DNA of 64,000 bases from Eledone cirrhosa (taxonomy: Eukaryota). A model generated the notes under the pieces. It saw only the letters and a program-made list of their open reading frames with translations. It ran no database searches and had not been told where the DNA came from. Shown one piece after another: positions 27,135-42,283 of the stretch (positions are counted from its first letter, which is position 1; every line of letters begins with the position of its first letter). Made by a program: the position numbers and the translations under genes. Where the stretch lies: positions 264,678,001 through 264,742,000 of the forward strand of contig OZ024741.1 of the NCBI GenBank assembly GCA_964016885.1. Direction: 5' to 3'.

Positions 27135-27336
27135 TGGGGATTCTTTTCTTTGTTTTTTGTGCCTCTCCTTTGTTCTGTCCTACGCCATCTTGTTTTTGAG
27201 AGTGTGTTGTGTGCTTAGTTTACGCATGTGTTACATCCGGGTGCCTGTGTGTGTTTATATTCGTTTATTTATTTGTTTATTTACATGTTACTGGTTGGTT
27301 GTTTGTTCTATGTGCGTGTGTGTTTTCATTTTGTCC

Positions 27337-28503
27337 TTAATTGTAAGTTGTGATGTTGCTGTTCCACTCATGTTTTCTATTTAATTTTGGTTGTAATTCT
27401 TTTATGTTTATTGCCTCTGTGATTTGTCTAAACATTGCGTCTTTTCTGTGTGTAGATTCTATTTTTATTTCTATGTTCTCTAATTTACCCTTATGTTCTA
27501 TTTTAGCATGTTGGTAGAGTACAGATGATTCTTTACTATCTTGAAGGTCTCGCCAGTGTTCATTTATCCGTTCCCCTATACTACGAGCTGTCTCACCTAT
27601 GTACACTATATTTTTATCTCTATATTGTCCTTCAGTACATCTTATGCTATATACTACATTTCTAGTTTTACAGTTAATATGGGGGCTTAATTTACAGGTT
27701 ATACATTTCTTATCTATACAGGGAGGTCTTTGAAAAGGGTATGTCTTGCTAATAAGTGTTTTTATGGAGGTACCTGGACTTTCTACTATCTTAATATTGA
27801 GTTTATGTTTATCTAGGGCCCTTCTAAATTTGTAAGCTAATTCACCTCTAGGGGTTGTATCGATGAACATTACACTCTGGTATTTATTGCTATCATACCA
27901 TGAGTTTATTCTATTAGCCTTATTCCTAGTTCTTTCTATTCTATTCCAAAATTTGCACCTATACAAGGGGCAGGTCCCATTTGTGTCATTATTTACCATT
28001 TATTCCCATTTGGTTCTGGTTCCTCTATACACTCTGATTTTATCTCTCTGATTGTAACCAGAGAACTGCATACGGTGGATGAAGTGTTGTATGTGTCTCT
28101 CTAGTTCTTTGGGGTTGCACATGCGGGACACGTTTCTCATCATCCGTACCAAATCCACAATCAGTATGTTTATTTTGGTATGGTCCGAAACAGCTGAGTT
28201 TCGGTGGATCAGATATTTGGAAGTCATGGGTTTGGCATAATGGGAAGGGAAGATTTGTTTTTTGTTATTAATGGTATCTAACCAGAGCTCTGTGTCTAGT
28301 ACAGGTAATCGATGGTTGGGGTGTTTGCTTGGGTAGTCTATAGTAACTCTAATACTCTGGTGGATGGAGTTAGCTATTTGCTGGATGCTTTCCATTGTGT
28401 TTTTCTCTAATTCCTGACTGTTCTCTAGTGGGGGTGTTTTAACTACGATGTTTATATCATCAACGTAGCGGGAGTACATTATCAGGGTTAAGGGGTCTTC
28501 TAA
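27337..28503 (-). pseudogene. PLE RT/GIY-YIG ORF with one in-frame TAA at 28000-28002
   Basis: ORFs 28000..28515 and 27337..27999 are in one frame separated by a single stop (TGG GAA TAA ATG). Confidence 0.88.
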
Positions 28504-28690
28504 ATGATTGCACATGCGGTGGGGGCCAGCATAAAATTAACCCTTAAGGAACATATGTTCAAATTTAATGGAAAAACATATGCCCAAGAGGAGGGAGCAG
28601 CCATTGGTGTTAGCATTGCAGGCGACATAGCTAACCTATTCATGGTATGGTGGGACAGTAGACTTAAACTTAAACTTAAAGAACAATTAG
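28504..28690 (+). pseudogene. Inverted upstream RT segment of the same PLE
   Basis: HMFKFNGKTYAQEEGAAIGVSIAGDIANLFMVWWD, the RT Q..G...G motif that normally precedes YVDD. Confidence 0.88.
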
Positions 28691-29321
28691 GGAGAGAAAG
28701 GGGGACATGTATAAGAAATAGGAATATGATAAAGTGTCGAGACGTGAAATAATTAGACAAAGGCAAAAATATAGAGAGGGAGAGAAAAGAAGAGAAAATG
28801 AGAGAAAAAGATGAGATTGAGAAGACGAGGAGAATGGAGGGGAAATGGGTGAAAGAAAGAGAGAGAGTGGGAGCGATGGAGAGGCGGCGAGTGACACAAA
28901 GAGAGAGAGATGGAGGGAGAGAGAGAGAGAAGGAGAGAAAAAGATGAGATTGAGAAGACAAGGGGAATGGAGGGAGAAATGGGTGAAATAGAGAGAGAGA
29001 GAGGAAGAGAGAGAAAGAGAGTGAAAGAGAGAGGAGGGATATAATGAATAAATTAGGGTTAGAGAATAGGAGAGAGTGAGATGAGGATTAAAGGTATAAA
29101 AAGAAAAGGGTTGAGGTTTGAAATACGAACGAAAATGTCTGAATAAGAAAGTTGATGGCATAGAGAAAGAAAGAGATATGCAAGGAGAGGGGGGACGGGG
29201 GAAAGGTAGAGAAATGGATAGAGAGATAGAAAGAGAGAGGGAAAGAGAGAGATAGAGAGGGATAGTGTGAGAGGGAGAGATAGAGAGAGAGAGAAAAAAA
29301 GAGAGGGATATTGTGAGAGAG

Positions 29322-29429
<108 letters not shown>

Positions 29430-29848
29430 GAGAGAGTAACTGAAGGTAAAAAAAAATATTTATGAAAGGAACAGAAGTTGTTGAATTGAAAGAAAGAAGA
29501 GTATGTCAGAAACAAAACGAGTTATGTGTCAGGCTTTTAATTCCAAGCTTTTTCTATGTTAAACATTTTCATTCTTTTCATTCGTTTTTTCATTCTTTCG
29601 TGCACTTTTCTTTCATTTATATCCATTTTTCTGATGTGTTTTGTATTGTGTTCTTTTTAAAATATCGGCTGATATTTCCATCTCTGACTAAATAATGACT
29701 CCATAAAATGGTAGACGACAGCCAAAATCTAGTCCCGGAATGTGAGAGGACATTTTTGTTTGTTCGCTTCTTCTTAAATGTAACGCTTGTTTGTTTTTGT
29801 TGCTCCTTCCTAATTTTCTTTCAAGGGGGAAACTGTGAGAAGGTTGAC

Positions 29849-29879
<31 letters not shown>

Positions 29880-30001
29880 CATATACGTATATATATGCAC
29901 AAATAAATACATATATACATACATGTACTCACACATACATACATAAATACATACAAACATACTCATATAAGAACATACATACACACATAAGAACATACAT
30001 T

Positions 30002-30040
<39 letters not shown>

Positions 30041-30071
30041 ATATGTATATATATATATATATATACAAATA

Positions 30072-31486
30072 TATGGTGGCTGCCAACTCGTTTTCGAGTA
30101 CGGCCACTACTTTATATCCATGTAGGAGAACCCCTACCGATGCGCTGAACAAGTGTAACTTTTTAGTCCAGCCAGCGACTTGAAAACTCTGGTACAAACA
30201 CTACACTTGTGACAATTATTGACACATAGTGCTGGGCCCTTGGTACCATGTGACGACAAGTGCAGAGAGATCTCCAGATATAAAGCATTGCCTGTGCCGT
30301 GAAGCTTTTATAGTGAGCAAAGGCACTGCTCAAAGCCAGTCCCACTCTCTTAACCAAGATGATATTTACCAAAAAGAAGAACAAGTCAACATCATTGGAT
30401 ACCATCAGGGTTGCAGATGTTATATCAGAGTTTTCCTTCTCCTAGAATTCTGCCTTGACAAAGGCTAAGGGATCATCTCTCCCGGTGATTTTGGATGGCC
30501 ATTGACTCTTAAGAGCTCGTTTGCCCTTTGACAGGTTTTGTTTTTAGTCCTGCAGCATGTCCAAAGTCACCCTCCACACTAAGAACCCTTGGTGGGGTTG
30601 CCAGTTTAGTCGCCAACGACCCAACCATGGGACAGGTTGTACTGGAATACATGTTACCAGTAGCACCAACTGGTGACCTGACATACAAATATATACATAC
30701 TTATATACATATATATATATACAAATATATGCATACATACATATATACATACATATACACATATATGCATAAATAAATACGCATATACATACATGTACAC
30801 ATACATACATGAATAAATATATACATATGCGCATACATTACATACATATAAACATATGCATGGATATACACACACACATATATACATACAAACATGGTGG
30901 CTGCCAACTCGTTTTCGAGTACGACCACTACTTTATATCCATGTAGGAGAACCCCTGCCGATGGGCTGAACGAGTGTGACTTTTTAGTCCAGCCAGCGAC
31001 TTGAAAACTCTGGTACAAACACTACACTTGTGACAATCATTGACACATAGTGCTGGGCCCTTGGTACCATGTGACGACAAGGGCAGAGAGATCTCCAGAT
31101 ATAAAGCAATGCCTGTGCCGTGATACTTTTATAGTGAGCAAAGGCACTGCACAAAGCCAGTCCCACTCTCTTAACCAAGATGATATTTACCAAAAAGAAG
31201 AACAAGTCAACATCATTGGATACCATCAGGATTGCAGGTGTTATATCAGAGTTTTCCTTCTCCTAGAATTCTGCCTTGACAAAGGCTAAGGGGTGATTTT
31301 GGATGGCCATTGCCTCTTAAGAGCTCGTTTGCCCTTTGACAGGTTTTGTTTTTAGTCCTGCAGGATGTCCTAAGTCACCCTCCTCACCAAGAAACCTTGG
31401 TAGGGTTGCCAGTTTAGTCGCCAACGACCCGACCATGAGACAGGTTGTACTGGGATACATGTTACCAGTAGCATCAACTGGTGACC
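30072..31486 (-). mobile_element. Two tandem ~600 bp RTE-derived non-autonomous elements (30072-30682, 30894-31486) in (CATA)n
   Basis: Near-identical direct repeats separated by CATA/TA microsatellite; 3' fragment also at 62134-62338. Confidence 0.75.
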
Positions 31487-31739
31487 ATACAAACATACAT
31501 ACATATAAACATACATTCATACATATATACATTCTTTATATACATATATACATACGTCAATTACATACATATCTACATAAATTAGATACATACAGACATA
31601 CATAGGTACGTATATACATACAGACATATGTATATATGTATAAACATGCAAATGTATAAATATACAAATACATATGTGTATATATACATGTATATATATG
31701 TATATATATGTATATATATAATATATATATACATACATT

Positions 31740-32169
31740 TATATATATGTGTGTGTGTGTGGATGTGTTTGTGTATGTGTGTGTGTATGTGGTGTGTGTG
31801 TGTGGTGTGTGTGTGTATGTATCGGTGTGTGTGTGTGTGTGTGTGTGGTGTGTATGTATCGGTGTGTGTGTATGTGTGTGCGTGTGTGTGTGTGTGTGTC
31901 TGTGTATGTCTGTGTGTGTATGTGTGTGTGTGACTGTGTGGATGTATGTGTGTCGTGTGTGTGTAAATGTATCGGTGTGTATGTCTGTGTGTGTCTGTGT
32001 GTGTGTGTCTGCGTCTGTGTGTGTGTGTCTGTCTGTGTGTGTGTCTGTCTGTGTGTGTGTGTGTGTGTGTGTCTGTATGTGTGTGTCTGCGTCTGTGTGT
32101 GTGTCTCTGTCTATGTGTGTGTCTGTGTGTGTGTGTCTGTCTCTCTGTGCGTGTGTCTGTATGTCTGTC

Positions 32170-32200
<31 letters not shown>

Positions 32201-32670
32201 CTGTATGTGTGTGTGTGTGTATATGTGTGTGTGTCTGTCTGTGTCTGTATGTCTGTGTGTGTGTATGTCTGTATGTGTGTGTGTATATGTGTGTCTGTCT
32301 GTCTGTGTCTGTATGTCTGTGTGTGTGTGTCTGTCTGTCTGTCTGTCTGTGTGTGTCTGTGTATGTGTGTATGTATGTGTGTGTCTGTGTGTGTATGTAT
32401 GTGTGTATGTGTGTATGTGTGTATGTGTGTATGTATGTGTGTGTGTGTATGTGTGTGTGTGTATGTGTGTATGTGTGTGTGTGTGTATGTGTGTATGTAT
32501 GTGTCTGTGTATGTGTCTGTGTGTATGTGTATGTGTATGTATGTGTGTGTATGTGTGTGTGTATGTGTGTGTATGTGTGTATGTGTGTGTGTGTGTATGT
32601 GTGTGTGTGTGTGTCTGTGTGTGTGTCTATGTGTGTGTGTATGTGTGTGCGTATGTGTGTGTGTATGTGT

Positions 32671-32744
<74 letters not shown>

Positions 32745-33292
32745 TGAATGAGAGAGAGAGAGAGTCTGGCTGACGAAAAGATAGGTCAACGTCAAAACTC
32801 TAAAGCGTTGTTGACGTGAAAACAATGAAGGTGAGGGTGGGGGTGGAAATGTCGTTGGTGACGGCAACGACGAGAATCACATGGTTGACATGGATGATGA
32901 TGATGATGATGGTTGTGATGATGATGATGGTTGTGATGATGATGATGGCGGTGATGATGATGACGGTGGTGAAGATGATGGTGGTGATGATGACGATGAT
33001 GGTGATGGTGATGGTGATGATGATGATGATGGTGGTGATGATGATGATGATGGTGATGACGATGATGATGATGGTGACGGCAACGACGGCGGCGATTGAT
33101 GATGAGGAGGATGATAATGCTGGTGATGATAATGATGATGACGATGGTGACGTTGATGATGATGATGATGATGATGATGGCGTTGATGACGATGATGATG
33201 ACGATGATGATGACGATGATGATGATGATGATGATGATGGTGGCATTGATGACGACGATGATGGTGGTGGTGGTGATGGTTTTGATGATGAT
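31740..33292. repeat. (GT)n-type then (GAT)n microsatellites
   Basis: Seen directly. Confidence 0.9.
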
Positions 33293-33585
33293 GGGCAGAA
33301 AATAGCCGTGGAATGGGTAGAGAGAGAGACAGAAGTAAGAAAGAGATGGGGGGGGAGGTTTTGATTCTGCTGAAGAATTACTGAAAACAAATCGTCTGTG
33401 AAAGGAAACATATATACATATATACATACGTATATATGTATATATAATATATATATATACGTGTGAGGGGTGAGGTGGGTGTATATATATATATATACAT
33501 ACGTATGTATATATATATATATCTACATACGTATATATATATATAATATATATATATACGTAATATATATACCTATATACATATG

Positions 33586-33650
<65 letters not shown>

Positions 33651-33657
<7 letters not shown>

Positions 33658-33837
33658 TAAAAGGAAAAGAAAATGCTGACAAATTTTTCTCAGTGAAAAA
33701 TAGTTTAATTAGGAATAAGTATAAATTAATAATAAGTATTGGTATTCACTAACCAATACTTATTATTAATTTATACTTATTCCTAATTAAACTATTTTTC
33801 ACTGGGAAAAATTTGTCAGCATTTTCTTTTCCTTTTA

Positions 33838-33845
<8 letters not shown>
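33651..33845. repeat. ~93 bp-arm fold-back flanked by (TA)n on both sides
   Basis: Arms 33651-33743 and 33752-33845, near perfect. Confidence 0.9.
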
Positions 33846-33884
<39 letters not shown>

Positions 33885-34062
33885 CTATTAGCTTCCTCCG
33901 ATAATGTATTTGTATATATATATATACGCAATATATATGCATACATACATATATACATATATATGCCTTCATACATACATACGCACACACATGCACACGC
34001 ACACTGGCACCCCCACCCCATCCCCTACGCCACCCACCCCACCCCTCACACATATATATATA

Positions 34063-34365
34063 TGTTGTTTTAGAATTTGTTTTGCAAGATTTCTTATCTG
34101 AAAACGTGTTGAAACAGATATTCTTATACTTTGGGAGGGTCATGCTCCAAAAAAGAACCCAAAAAACTCACACGAACCTGTTGGTTTTCACTTGAATTTA
34201 CTATAAATTTCCTCTTGATTGATTGGTTGGTTCGATAACCGGATGGTTGTTTAAATATTGTCAAAGCTCTTTCGTCGCACATTGTGTGACCTCCTCAGAG
34301 ACTGGATAATTATTTGGTGTCTCTCCTTTGTTCTCTCCTACACCATATTGTCTTTGTGTGTTGTG
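34063..34365 (-). mobile_element. Solo 3' UTR/pLTR of the 26882-28690 PLE family
   Basis: Colinear similarity to 26882-27210, including the HHR and the ATGACCCTCCCAAAG tail. Confidence 0.8.
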
Positions 34366-34813
34366 TAAAGCAAAAACAAGATAGTGTAAAGCAAAACAAA
34401 TTCCACTAAAGTTAGCTTTGCCTTATTTTATATATATATATTTATATATATATGCGAATGTATATATATATATAATATAATATAATATACACATTTTAGT
34501 ACAGCATTAACGAAGCTTTAGGCTGCGGCTAAGCTAATGAATTCGGAATGTAGCTTTAGCACTCGATGGAGAATAATACCCCAGAGTAATAACAATACGT
34601 TTAGACAGCTTTGCAAATCAAATATAGCGATCGGCAGTCCAGCCGGATTGCCATAGCAACGAAAATGGTTGGACTCAGGAAAAGATTTTTGACTGACCTG
34701 GACCATCACGCGGAGACCGAATGCAATACATAATGCATATCGTACGTATAGCATACGATATACATCACATATAACATACAACATCCACACTAGGTTTCTG
34801 TAAATCCGAGATC

Positions 34814-34867
<54 letters not shown>

Positions 34868-35098
34868 ACACATATATAATCATTTAATGCGGGAAGACTT
34901 GTAACAAAGAGCGGATTTGTAATAAATGTCACACAGCACAGAACACTTGACGCATTCATCTTTATTTCTGATATATATATATCAAGACACACACGTACAC
35001 TCACACATACCTTCATATATATTTGTGCTTATGTCCGTTTGTGTTTGTATGTTTATATCAAGACGTCACGAAAATAATATATAAAAATGTATAGAAAC

Positions 35099-35135
<37 letters not shown>

Positions 35136-35174
35136 CGCACACACATTCTCTCACTCTCTCTCTCTCACACTTTA

Positions 35175-35290
<116 letters not shown>

Positions 35291-35583
35291 GGAAAAGTGA
35301 TACAGAGAAAATAGTGAGGGAAAAGGGAGAGAGATAAATAGCTGCATCGACAGATTCACTAAATTTATCGAATATAGTTCTGAAATGATTTAATACTTTA
35401 CAATTGTTTCAGTACACCATTCAACTAACACCACTGTCATGCTAATATGAGAAAATAAACTGATTGATGAATACATTTACTTCTTCTGTACCTGCTTTAC
35501 ATTAATTCATTGAATCGTATTCATGCTTATGAAGATGTACAATAGTCACTGATACTTAACTATGTTATATATATATATATATA

Positions 35584-35791
35584 TAGGAACGAGTAGGACC
35601 CCGACGGCTGAGCTCAAGCCGTTTCGACGGGTAATTCTGGACTAAAAAAAAAAGTCCAGAATTAGCCGTCGAAACGGCTTGAGCTCAGCCGTCGGGGTCC
35701 TACTCGTTCCTATTACCCACTCTACTACCCTAAGTATTGAGTACTTTGGTGCGTTATGGTCCACCTGGTTCCTTACCACATTTCCTTCGTT
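35584..35791. mobile_element. Family F2 fold-back retaining only the 3' half of the HHR
   Basis: Arms 35584-35643 and 35653-35712 plus tail; GAAACGGCT-TGAGCTC-AGCCGTC. Confidence 0.8.
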
Positions 35792-35842
35792 ATATATATA
35801 TATATATATAACATAGTTAAGTATATATAGTTATATAGTTAA

Positions 35843-35959
<117 letters not shown>

Positions 35960-36446
35960 GACCTACACCCCACCCACACATACACCTTTTCCTGAACATG
36001 GAACCTCGTTCTTCCCCCAACTCTCACATTCACATACACACACACACACGCACACACGTACACCTTCACACACACACCACCTTCAGCCCTCCCCGCTCGG
36101 ACACCCCGCCTCCCTCTCCCCACTCCACCCGCCACCACCCCTACACGCCCCACACCCTTCCATAACTTGTTTATCTTCATGTGTTTATTTTTATTTTTAT
36201 TATTTTTATTATTTTTTTTTATATTTATTTTCATTTGTACCCCTTCCACCGTCCCCCCTCGCCCCTTTTTTCAAAATGTCTCTCCCCCACTCCCCTACAC
36301 ACCCTTGGAACTCTCTTCCCACACACTTTTCGCCTGAAGAAGGGCTTATGCCCGAAACGCCCCCCCCCCCCCCACTCTCAAGAGCGTGAAACTAATAAAC
36401 CTTTGTTCGTACTGCCTCTCTGTTTTGTTCCCGTTCCATTTTTCAC

Positions 36447-36612
<166 letters not shown>

Positions 36613-36616
36613 CATA

Positions 36617-36685
<69 letters not shown>

Positions 36686-36687
36686 GC

Positions 36688-36719
<32 letters not shown>

Positions 36720-36721
36720 GC

Positions 36722-36802
<81 letters not shown>

Positions 36803-36834
36803 TATATATATATATATATATATATATGCATATG

Positions 36835-36907
<73 letters not shown>

Positions 36908-36940
36908 GTTTCTATATATGTTTCTATATATTATTTTCGT

Positions 36941-37126
36941 GACGTCTCCATATTGGTTAGCCAGCCATGATTGAACCGATATGTCTGTCATGACGTCTCC
37001 ATATTGGTTAGCCGGCCATGATTGAACCGATATGTCTGTCATGACGTCTCCATATTGGTTAGCCGGCCATGATTGAACCGATATGTCTGTGATGACGTTC
37101 AGATATTGATTAACCAGCCATGATTG
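36941..37126. repeat. 51 bp tandem repeat, about 3.7 copies
   Basis: GACGT unit starts at 36941, 36992, 37043, 37094. Confidence 0.9.
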
Positions 37127-37275
37127 ATAGGATTTCATTTTTTCTGTTGGATTAGTTCCTGACTTCTCCCACAGTCGACTGACTGGACTTCATGGACCAG
37201 TGACCATTTAGGTCAACCTTTTATTTTTATTTACATTTTGTATATATGTGTCACCATGCCCCCCCCCCCCCATCG

Positions 37276-37334
<59 letters not shown>

Positions 37335-37376
37335 ATTAGAAAGTGAACATAATATATAACTACTCCGTTACCAAAA

Positions 37377-37501
<125 letters not shown>

Positions 37502-37550
37502 ATATATATATATATATATATAATGAATTAGAAAGTGAACAACACAATAT

Positions 37551-37635
37551 ATAACTACTCCATTGCTAAAGGTTTCAGGGCCCTAGACAATATTAACATA
37601 CGTCTAGGTCGCTCATCAGAAAGAGGGGTTATGAA
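37551..37635 (-). ncRNA. Hammerhead-like motif with disrupted stem I (duplicate ~39826-39910)
   Basis: CTGATGA, stem II CCTAGAC/GTCTAGG, GAAAC...GTA-GTTAT; the ATAAC partner is displaced 8 nt from the core. Confidence 0.5.
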
Positions 37636-37728
37636 TATATGAAAATATGAAATATATATATATATATATATATATGATAATAAGGGCGCTGCGGAGTTGC
37701 AAATGGGTTACATATGAAAAAAGTTTGT

Positions 37729-37796
37729 CCTTCATCAGTGATCTTCCAACTATCATAGGCATTTCATCGCTTTAAAGACCATATACCTCCGGTTGG
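37729..37796 (-). ncRNA. K-turn-containing reverse-order hammerhead motif (duplicate 40004-40071)
   Basis: CCAACC-GGA-GGTAT-A-TGGTCT-TTAAAGCGAT-GAAA-TGCC-TAT-GA-T-AGTTGG-A-AGATCA-CTGATGA-A. Confidence 0.6.
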
Positions 37797-37909
37797 TGCG
37801 AGCAACGGCTAAAAAAAGTCGTTGGGACACGTAAATAAAGGGGACGCAAGGGTAAACAAACAAAATGGTGAGGCAACAGAAAAAAAAAATATATATATAT
37901 ATATATATA

Positions 37910-38040
37910 GGGCGGGTAAAATTCCCGAGATCCATTGACGAGTTCTCTCCAGCGGTCTCTGTCCCTCATTATCGCTGCCATGTCCTGTGTCTCCAACAGA
38001 CCAGTGTCTGTCCTTAGGGCATCAACATATGTTAACTTCT
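37910..38040 (-). mobile_element. RTE-clade LINE extreme 3' fragment (duplicate ~40185-40315)
   Basis: KLTYVDALRTDTGL...MRDRDRWRELV, typical RTE ORF C-terminus. Confidence 0.7.
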
Positions 38041-38124
38041 GAAAATGGTGAAGAGCTTTGTGAGTTTGCCGGGTTTTTTTAGGGGACAAAGTAAATTTAC
38101 CGATTATTTTTGCTGGAAAGACTC

Positions 38125-39327
38125 CATGTTGTGGTTGTAATACATGTTGTGCTTGTAATACATGTTGTGGTTGTAATACATGTTGTGCTTGTAATACATG
38201 TGGTGGTTGTAATACATGTTCTGGTTGTAATACATGTGGTGGCTGTAATACATGTTGTGCTTGTAATACATGTGGTGGTTGTAATACATGTGGTGGTTGT
38301 AATACATGTTCTGGTTGTAATACATGTTGTGGTTGTAATACATGTTGTGGTTGTAATACATGTTCTGGTTGTAATACATGTTCTGGTTGTAATACATGTG
38401 GTGGTTGTAATACATGTGGTGGTTGTAATACATGTTGTAGTTGTAATACATGTGGTGGCTGTAATAGATGTTGTGGTTGTAATACATGTGGTGGTTGTAA
38501 TACATGTTGTGGTTGTAATACATGTTGTGGTTGTAATACATGTGGTGGTTGTAATACATGTTGTGGTTGTAATACATGTTGTGGTTGTAATACATGTGGT
38601 GGTTGTAATACATGTGGTGGTTGTAATACATGTGGTGGTTGTTATACATGTTGTGGTTGTAATACATGTTGTGGTTGTAATACATGTGGTGGTTGTAATA
38701 CGTGTGGTGGTTGTAATAGATGTTGTGGTTGTAATACATGTGGTGGTTGTAATACATGTTGTGGTTGTAATACATGTTGTGGTTGTAATACATGTGGTGG
38801 TTGTAATACATGTTGTGGTTGTAATATATGTTGTGGTTGTAATACATGTGGTGGTTGTAATACACTTTGTGGTTGTAATACATGTTCTGGTTGTAATACA
38901 TGTGGTGGTTGTAATACATGTGGTGGTTGTAATACATGTTGTGGTTGTAATACATGTTCTGGTTGTAATACATATGGTGGTTGTAATACATGTGGTGGTT
39001 GTAATAGATGTTGTTTTTGTAATACATGTGGTGGTTGTAATACATGTTGTGGTTGTAATACATGTGGTGGTTGTAATACATGTTGTGGTTGTAATACATG
39101 TTGTGGTTGTAATACATGTGGTGGTTGTAATACATGTTGTGGTTGTAATACATGTGGTGGTTGTAATACATGTTGTGGTTGTAATACATGTTGTGGTTGT
39201 AATACATGTGGTGGTTGTAATACATGTTGTGGTTGTAATACATCTGGTGGTTGTAATACATGTGGTGGTTGTAATACATGTTGTGGTTTTAATAGATGTA
39301 GTGGTTGTAATACATGTGGTGGTTGTA
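38125..39327. repeat. 18 bp minisatellite GTTGTAATACATGT(G/T)GTG
   Basis: About 66 units; second array 40400-41505. Confidence 0.95.
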
Positions 39328-39527
39328 NNNNNNNNNNNNNNNNNNNNNNNNNNNNNNNNNNNNNNNNNNNNNNNNNNNNNNNNNNNNNNNNNNNNNNNNN
39401 NNNNNNNNNNNNNNNNNNNNNNNNNNNNNNNNNNNNNNNNNNNNNNNNNNNNNNNNNNNNNNNNNNNNNNNNNNNNNNNNNNNNNNNNNNNNNNNNNNNN
39501 NNNNNNNNNNNNNNNNNNNNNNNNNNN
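39328..39527. other. Assembly gap (200 N)
   Basis: N run. Confidence 1.
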
Positions 39528-41505
<1,978 letters not shown>

Positions 41506-42047
41506 GTATAGGTGGTGATAATTGTGGTGAATCTCGTAATAATAGCGGTGTTGATGATAGCGGTAATGGTTGTGTTGTTTATAGTTCTAATGGCGGTGTG
41601 GTAACGGTTGTGATGTAGTAATGGTGGAGTTGGTAAATATGGTAAACGCTGTGTTGTATTACTGTAGTAATGGTGGTGGTGGTGGGGATGGTGGAGGCGT
41701 AGTGGTGGTGGTGGTTGTTGTGGTGGTGGTGGTCGTCGTCGTCGTAGTAACGGTGGTGGTGTTGGTGGGGTAATTAATATCTTAGAGTGTGTGATGTAGG
41801 TGGGTGGAGAGATGACTTTAGTTCTGTTCGTGAAGATGTGTGGGGGGAGGGGATTAAAATGAAAATAAGGATCAGGAATGAACATCAGGGAAATAGTCAA
41901 GTTAGTACATGCATATGCACATTTAAACACACATACACACACACACATACATATACATGTACACATATACAGACACAAACACATACATACACATATACAA
42001 ACACAAACACGCATAATTAAACATGCACACATATACATACACACACA

Positions 42048-42088
<41 letters not shown>

Positions 42089-42192
42089 TGTATACGCATG
42101 TATATGTATGTGTGTATATATATATATAAGTGTGTAAGTATATATATATATATGTTTAAGTAAATATATATATATATATATGTGTGTGTGTG

Positions 42193-42280
<88 letters not shown>

Positions 42281-42283
<3 letters not shown>

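Noticed and set aside
31340-31486. HDV-like ribozyme at the 5' end of the RTE-derived element
   Set aside because: GGTCAC/GTGACT pairing and a CTAA are present but no P3/L3 or P1.1 could be fitted by eye
33365-33415. CTGAAGA...GAAA
   Set aside because: No stems I-III; same for 49080-49115 and 9208-9215
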